Shown here: piece after piece, positions 28,098-32,000 of the stretch | Numbering within the stretch: the stretch's first letter is position 1 | Layout: every line of letters starts with the position of its first letter | NCBI RefSeq assembly: GCF_000020225.1 | Contig: NC_010655.1 | Coordinates: 720,001-752,000 of the forward strand | DNA: 32,000 bases | DNA from: Akkermansia muciniphila ATCC BAA-835 | GTDB lineage: Bacteria > Verrucomicrobiota > Verrucomicrobiia > Verrucomicrobiales > Akkermansiaceae | Direction of reading: 5' to 3' | Program-made: the position numbers and the translations under genes | The notes under the pieces: generated by a model | What the model saw: only the letters and a program-made list of their open reading frames with translations | Databases searched by the model: none | What the model was told of the DNA's origin: nothing

Positions 28098-29660
28098 CTA
28101 TTCAGTTTTTTTCCGCCACGGCAACCGGGTTCCCGCCATCTCCAGCGCACGGCGCACCATTCCGCGCATGCCCTGCGTACCGCAATACATTAAAAGAACC
28201 GTCACACCTCCATAAGAAGCGGCCATGAGGAAGGCGCATAAAAACCAGGAAAAGAAAGACGCGGAAGGCTGCAGAGGAACAAATTTCCAGATCCAGCCCA
28301 TGAACACGGCCGAAATCAAAATCAGCGCCAGCTGGTAACCGAATTGGAACCAGTAGTTCATCACATTTTTCCTGAATCCCCAGTTATACAGCATGAAAGG
28401 CTTCCATATGCCCACAATAAGTATCAGGCTGGAGATGCCCCCCAGCAAAACGCCGGGCAATCCCCATAAATAACCTCCGATGATCGCCACGGAAATGTTG
28501 ATCACGCTTTCCGCAAGAGGAGCCCATACATCCCAGAACAAACCGTAACCGTATAAAAACTGATCCACAACCCCCCGCGTAATGGTGATGAACAGCCTGA
28601 TAACGAGCAGCAGCATGATTTCCCGGGGAAGGATATAGCCCGCTCCCAGCCAAAGCGTGATGAATGGCTCCAAAAGCTGGTAAAGGGGGAAACATACCGT
28701 CCCGGCAATCAGCATGCGCAGGGAAAACAATTCACTGAACACCTTGCGGATTTTTCCCGCATTTCCCTCCGCAATCAAGTTGCCCACACTGGCTTCCGTA
28801 CTGCCGAGCAGGTTATTGACCAGAAGGTGCAGTTTCTCCACAATGGTGGAATAGTTGCCGAAGTAGGCCGCCATCTGGAGGGAAACAAAGGCATATACCA
28901 GAAACGGCGTCACCTGGAACTGGAAAAAGCTTCCCAGCCGATGCATAAACAACTGCTTGGTGTATTTAGTGACTTCAGGATATTTTTTGAACAGCTCCTT
29001 TCCCAGGGCCACATTGCTCTTCAGCCAGGGATAGACCTGATTGATCTTCCAATTCAGGATGAAGGAATAAATAATGCCGAAGAACAGCTCTATCCCTATC
29101 CATAAATAATAGCTTCCCGTATACCATGCAGACAGCATCTGGCATATGATTTTGATGATGGATGCCGTCTGGAAATAAAACGCCACTACGTAATTCCTCT
29201 GGTCCGCTCCCAAAAGGGTCTGCCTGTAGTTGGCAAAATACCCGATCAGGGAAGAGGCCAGAAAGGAATAATAAGCAAAATAGATGATTCCATAGGAAAA
29301 ACCTGTGGAAGGGAAAATAACCGGCAGGAAACAGGAAAGCGCTACTCCAGCCGCAATGATTATCCGCCCTATCCACCGGTACATGTATCCCAGCACGGAG
29401 ATAATTTCATTAATCCTGGTCTCATCATGCTCAAAGATCGGCTTGTAAAGCACATACCCGATAGCCGTGCTTATACCAAGTTCCGCCAAATTGAGGAAAT
29501 TCAGCAGACTCATTAATGTTCCCGTCAAACCGACAAAATCGGCACCCAGGCAATTCAAGAATATCTTTCTTGAAAAAAAGGAAATGAGAAGAATCAAAAC
29601 ATAAAAAATGAGATTGACCCTGGCGTTCAACAGGCTTTTCTTTACGCGGGATTCTTCCAT
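28098..29660 (-). CDS. polysaccharide/oligosaccharide flippase (Wzx-like, MOP superfamily)
   Basis: 520-aa polytopic membrane ORF. The N-terminus KKSLLNARVNLIFYVLILLISFFSRKIFLNCLGADFVGLTG is typical of Polysacc_synt-type flippases. Confidence 0.9.
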   Translation of the reverse strand: MEESRVKKSLLNARVNLIFYVLILLISFFSRKIFLNCLGADFVGLTGTLMSLLNFLNLAELGISTAIGYVLYKPIFEHDETRINEIISVLGYMYRWIGRIIIAAGVALSCFLPVIFPSTGFSYGIIYFAYYSFLASSLIGYFANYRQTLLGADQRNYVVAFYFQTASIIKIICQMLSAWYTGSYYLWIGIELFFGIIYSFILNWKINQVYPWLKSNVALGKELFKKYPEVTKYTKQLFMHRLGSFFQFQVTPFLVYAFVSLQMAAYFGNYSTIVEKLHLLVNNLLGSTEASVGNLIAEGNAGKIRKVFSELFSLRMLIAGTVCFPLYQLLEPFITLWLGAGYILPREIMLLLVIRLFITITRGVVDQFLYGYGLFWDVWAPLAESVINISVAIIGGYLWGLPGVLLGGISSLILIVGIWKPFMLYNWGFRKNVMNYWFQFGYQLALILISAVFMGWIWKFVPLQPSASFFSWFLCAFLMAASYGGVTVLLMYCGTQGMRGMVRRALEMAGTRLPWRKKTE

Positions 29661-30015
29661 GTTATTTATTCCATCAACCTTATCCTTTCCCGGGAGAAGT
29701 TAAAAATATCTGTTTTATTAATAACCGGATTATTTATTCAACCGGCAATATACCAACGGCATATTGCGGCTATACGGGTACGGAAAGCGGTGCCAATCTA
29801 GCACAACATCCTGCCGCATCAATATCTTTTTATGAAGCCTCAGCCAACAGGCTTCCACAGGGGATAGAAACCTGGCAGAATCGCCTGTTCCCATGACGCC
29901 TCCTTATCGCTCACCGGATAAAAAACAAATTCCTCATTTTTACAGGTTCCATGGACCGGAACAGTTCCATAAAGTGTCCTTGTTTTATTTTTTCTTTTCA
30001 TCTACATTACCGCCC

Positions 30016-31239
30016 GTGAGCAAGGGCAGGGTTCTCATCGTTACATATGTTTTTCCTCCGGAGGAAGGAGGCGTAGGCATGGCTGCCTATGAAATGGCCT
30101 GCAGCCTGAGCTCCCTGGACTGGGATATCCACGTCCTCACCCGCCCGCTGGATTCACCGGATGAGTCCTTCCGCTCCCACCAATACAGCCCTCTCACAAC
30201 CCTGCCGGACACCCTGACGAAGGACAGTGCCCGTTTAAGGGAATACCTGGACGGGTTTCTGAAAGATTTCCGGCCGGATGTTATTATCTACCACTCCTGG
30301 GCGGACTGGTGCCGGGAAGAATTGCTGGACGCGGCACGGGATTCAGGCATTCCGTTTTTCCTCCGCTCCCATGGTGCAGCTACCAATTTCCGCTCTTTTT
30401 TCCGCTTCAATTACCCTCCTTTCTTCGGCCTGAAAAAATGGCTCTGCTCCTTTTTTCAAGTACGCAGGGATATCCTCAACGTATGCCGGAAATCACCGTT
30501 AAACCGTCTCGTTTTTCTCGATCCTTACGGGACACTGTTCAAGAGCTTTGATTATTACTGCGCATCCAGAAGCAAACTTGCCCATTACTCCTGCATTCCC
30601 AACACATTCCCGGCTCTGAAAAGAACCGCTCCTTTTTTCCGGGAAAAATACGGACTTTCCTCCGCCCCCGTTTTTACCTGCCCTGCCGGCGCCAGCATGA
30701 GGAAACGGCAGCTTCTCTTCATCCGCCATGTGAAACGCTCCCGTCTGCGGCATATCATTTTTCTTTTTCTGATTCCCCAGCACAATGCCTACGCGGAACA
30801 AATGGAACAAGCCATCGGGGATGACCCCAGATTCAGGATTCTCTACAGGCTCCCCCGTTTGGAAGTAGAAGCCGCCATTATGGAAAGCGATGCCGTTTTC
30901 CTTTACTCTTATCAGGAACAGCAGCCCCTCTCCATTCTGGAGGCGATGTCATGCGGCGTTCCCTGGTTCGCTCCGGACGCAGGAGCTCTTTCCACCCTGG
31001 AGGGGGGAATCGTCCTGAAAAACACTTCCCCCTCCGTGCTGGAAAAAGCCGTGGAATCGTTGACGGACGAAAAAACACGCAAACTACTGGGGAGTAAAGG
31101 CCGCCGGCAATGGGAAGCCTGTTTCGCCCCCGACGCAGTAAACCAGGAATGGGAGCAACTGCTTTTTTCCTCCATCCGCCCGGAAGGAAAGCCTCCGTTC
31201 GCGTCTTCCATCGTCCGGGAGCATTTACCCACCTGCTAA
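30016..31239 (+). CDS. family 4 (GT-B) glycosyltransferase
   Basis: Track ORF starts at ATG 29893, but its first 41 codons cross a T-rich tract (FYFFFSS) and look non-coding. The GTG at 30016 gives (M)SKGRVLIVTYVFPPEEGGVG, a canonical GT4 N-terminus. EAMSCGVPWFAP is the GT4 C-terminal motif. The start is uncertain and the stop is firm. Confidence 0.8.
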   Translation: MSKGRVLIVTYVFPPEEGGVGMAAYEMACSLSSLDWDIHVLTRPLDSPDESFRSHQYSPLTTLPDTLTKDSARLREYLDGFLKDFRPDVIIYHSWADWCREELLDAARDSGIPFFLRSHGAATNFRSFFRFNYPPFFGLKKWLCSFFQVRRDILNVCRKSPLNRLVFLDPYGTLFKSFDYYCASRSKLAHYSCIPNTFPALKRTAPFFREKYGLSSAPVFTCPAGASMRKRQLLFIRHVKRSRLRHIIFLFLIPQHNAYAEQMEQAIGDDPRFRILYRLPRLEVEAAIMESDAVFLYSYQEQQPLSILEAMSCGVPWFAPDAGALSTLEGGIVLKNTSPSVLEKAVESLTDEKTRKLLGSKGRRQWEACFAPDAVNQEWEQLLFSSIRPEGKPPFASSIVREHLPTC

Positions 31240-31261
31240 CCTTGCCTCCTCTTTCCAATCC

Positions 31262-32000
31262 ATGCCGATCAAACGCCTCCGTCCCGTATTAGCCATAGCA
31301 GCGGACCTCCCTCTGGGCCGGCTGCTGACGTCTTTCCGTAATAAGGACCGGCGTACGATTCCCTGGATTTTTTCCCTTTTTCATGCTCTGGAATCTCAGG
31401 AAGATTTTGACATCCACTGGATCACCCTCAGCAAAGCCGTTTCTGCCCCGGAAACCATCCGGATGCGCAACCAGACCATCCACATTCTTCCCCTGGGCAG
31501 CATGGGCAGGAATATCCTGACGGCCCATTTCCTGACCGTCCGGAGAATACGCAAGACCCTGAACGATATCCAGCCGGACCTCCTGCACGTATGGGGCGTG
31601 GAGCAGGCTTACGCTCTGGCGGGGATTGCCTTCCGGGGAAAGAAGCTCCTTTCCTACCAGGGAGCCCTCACCGCCTACTGCCAGCGCGCTCCGCAGGCCT
31701 TCCTCCTCCATATGCAGGCCCTCTGGGAACGGATGGCCGTCAAACATTATGATCTTATCACGTGCGAATCCCCCTGGGCGTGCGGCCGCGTTGCGGAAAT
31801 TGCCCCCCATGCCCGTCTATCCTGCATGGAATACGGCGTGGAACCTTCCTTTTACCATCTTGCCAGAAAACCTTCCCCGGAACCTTCCTGCCTCTTTGCC
31901 GGAACCATTTACGAGTTGAAGGGCATTTCCTACCTGGTGGAGGCCTTTACGCATCCGTCCCTTTCCCATGTCCAGCTGTTCATTGCGGGCAACGGAGCCC
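31262..32000 (+). CDS. family 4 glycosyltransferase, 3'-truncated by the window edge
   Basis: Own translation from the ATG at 31262 is open to the window end: MPIKRLRPVLAIAADLPLGRLL...LLHVWGVEQAYALAG...CLFAGTIYELKGISYLVEAF. It is absent from the track because it has no stop in the window. It begins 22 nt after the preceding GT4 gene. The antisense track ORF 31289..31810 is a shadow. Confidence 0.75.
   Translation, partial: MPIKRLRPVLAIAADLPLGRLLTSFRNKDRRTIPWIFSLFHALESQEDFDIHWITLSKAVSAPETIRMRNQTIHILPLGSMGRNILTAHFLTVRRIRKTLNDIQPDLLHVWGVEQAYALAGIAFRGKKLLSYQGALTAYCQRAPQAFLLHMQALWERMAVKHYDLITCESPWACGRVAEIAPHARLSCMEYGVEPSFYHLARKPSPEPSCLFAGTIYELKGISYLVEAFTHPSLSHVQLFIAGNGA

Noticed and set aside
29745-29770. 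The hairpin gcaatat-N9-atattgc shares the 10-mer atattgcggc with the tRNA terminator at 18531-18541
   Set aside because: Hundreds of shared 10-mers are expected by chance within 32 kb, and there is no extended similarity.

Overview
This is a 32-kb chromosomal segment, about 50-60% G+C outside one islet. The proteins look like Akkermansia muciniphila (Verrucomicrobiota): the GH33 sialidase and the M60-like peptidase match my memory of Amuc_0625 and Amuc_0627. That assignment is recollection, not a search result.

Content, left to right:
1. Housekeeping block: a UDG-family glycosylase, a secreted hypothetical protein, carB, a PP2C phosphatase, a SAM methyltransferase, nadE and a SugE/Gdx SMR exporter.
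2. Mucin-glycan foraging locus: a PEP-CTERM protein, a BNR sialidase-like paralogue, a GntR/LacI-type regulator, a canonical GH33 sialidase and an M60-like O-glycopeptidase.
3. A sharply bounded ~1.4-kb very AT-rich islet (17113-18498) abutting the 3' side of tRNA-Ser(GGA).
4. ruvB, fabH and a CysJ-like flavoprotein that lacks the FMN domain.
5. A surface-polysaccharide cluster: two GT2, one GT8, a Wzx-like flippase, two GT4, and an unexplained 415-aa protein with a tail-fibre-like N-terminal region.

The islet is the best candidate for something new. Its one intact gene encodes an N-terminal zinc-finger HNH (H-N-N) nuclease motif fused to a domain I cannot place. About 600 nt upstream are gene-free and hold decayed ORF pieces, a 12-nt direct repeat and a perfect 18-bp palindrome.

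Secondary observations:
- The hand-folded tRNA-Ser has a G3:U70 wobble pair.
- About 700 bp between the tRNA and ruvB is non-coding.
- The sialidase paralogue lacks the RIP arginine motif.

No CRISPR array, rRNA, transposase or integrase was seen. All family calls come from reading motifs by eye; no database search was possible.
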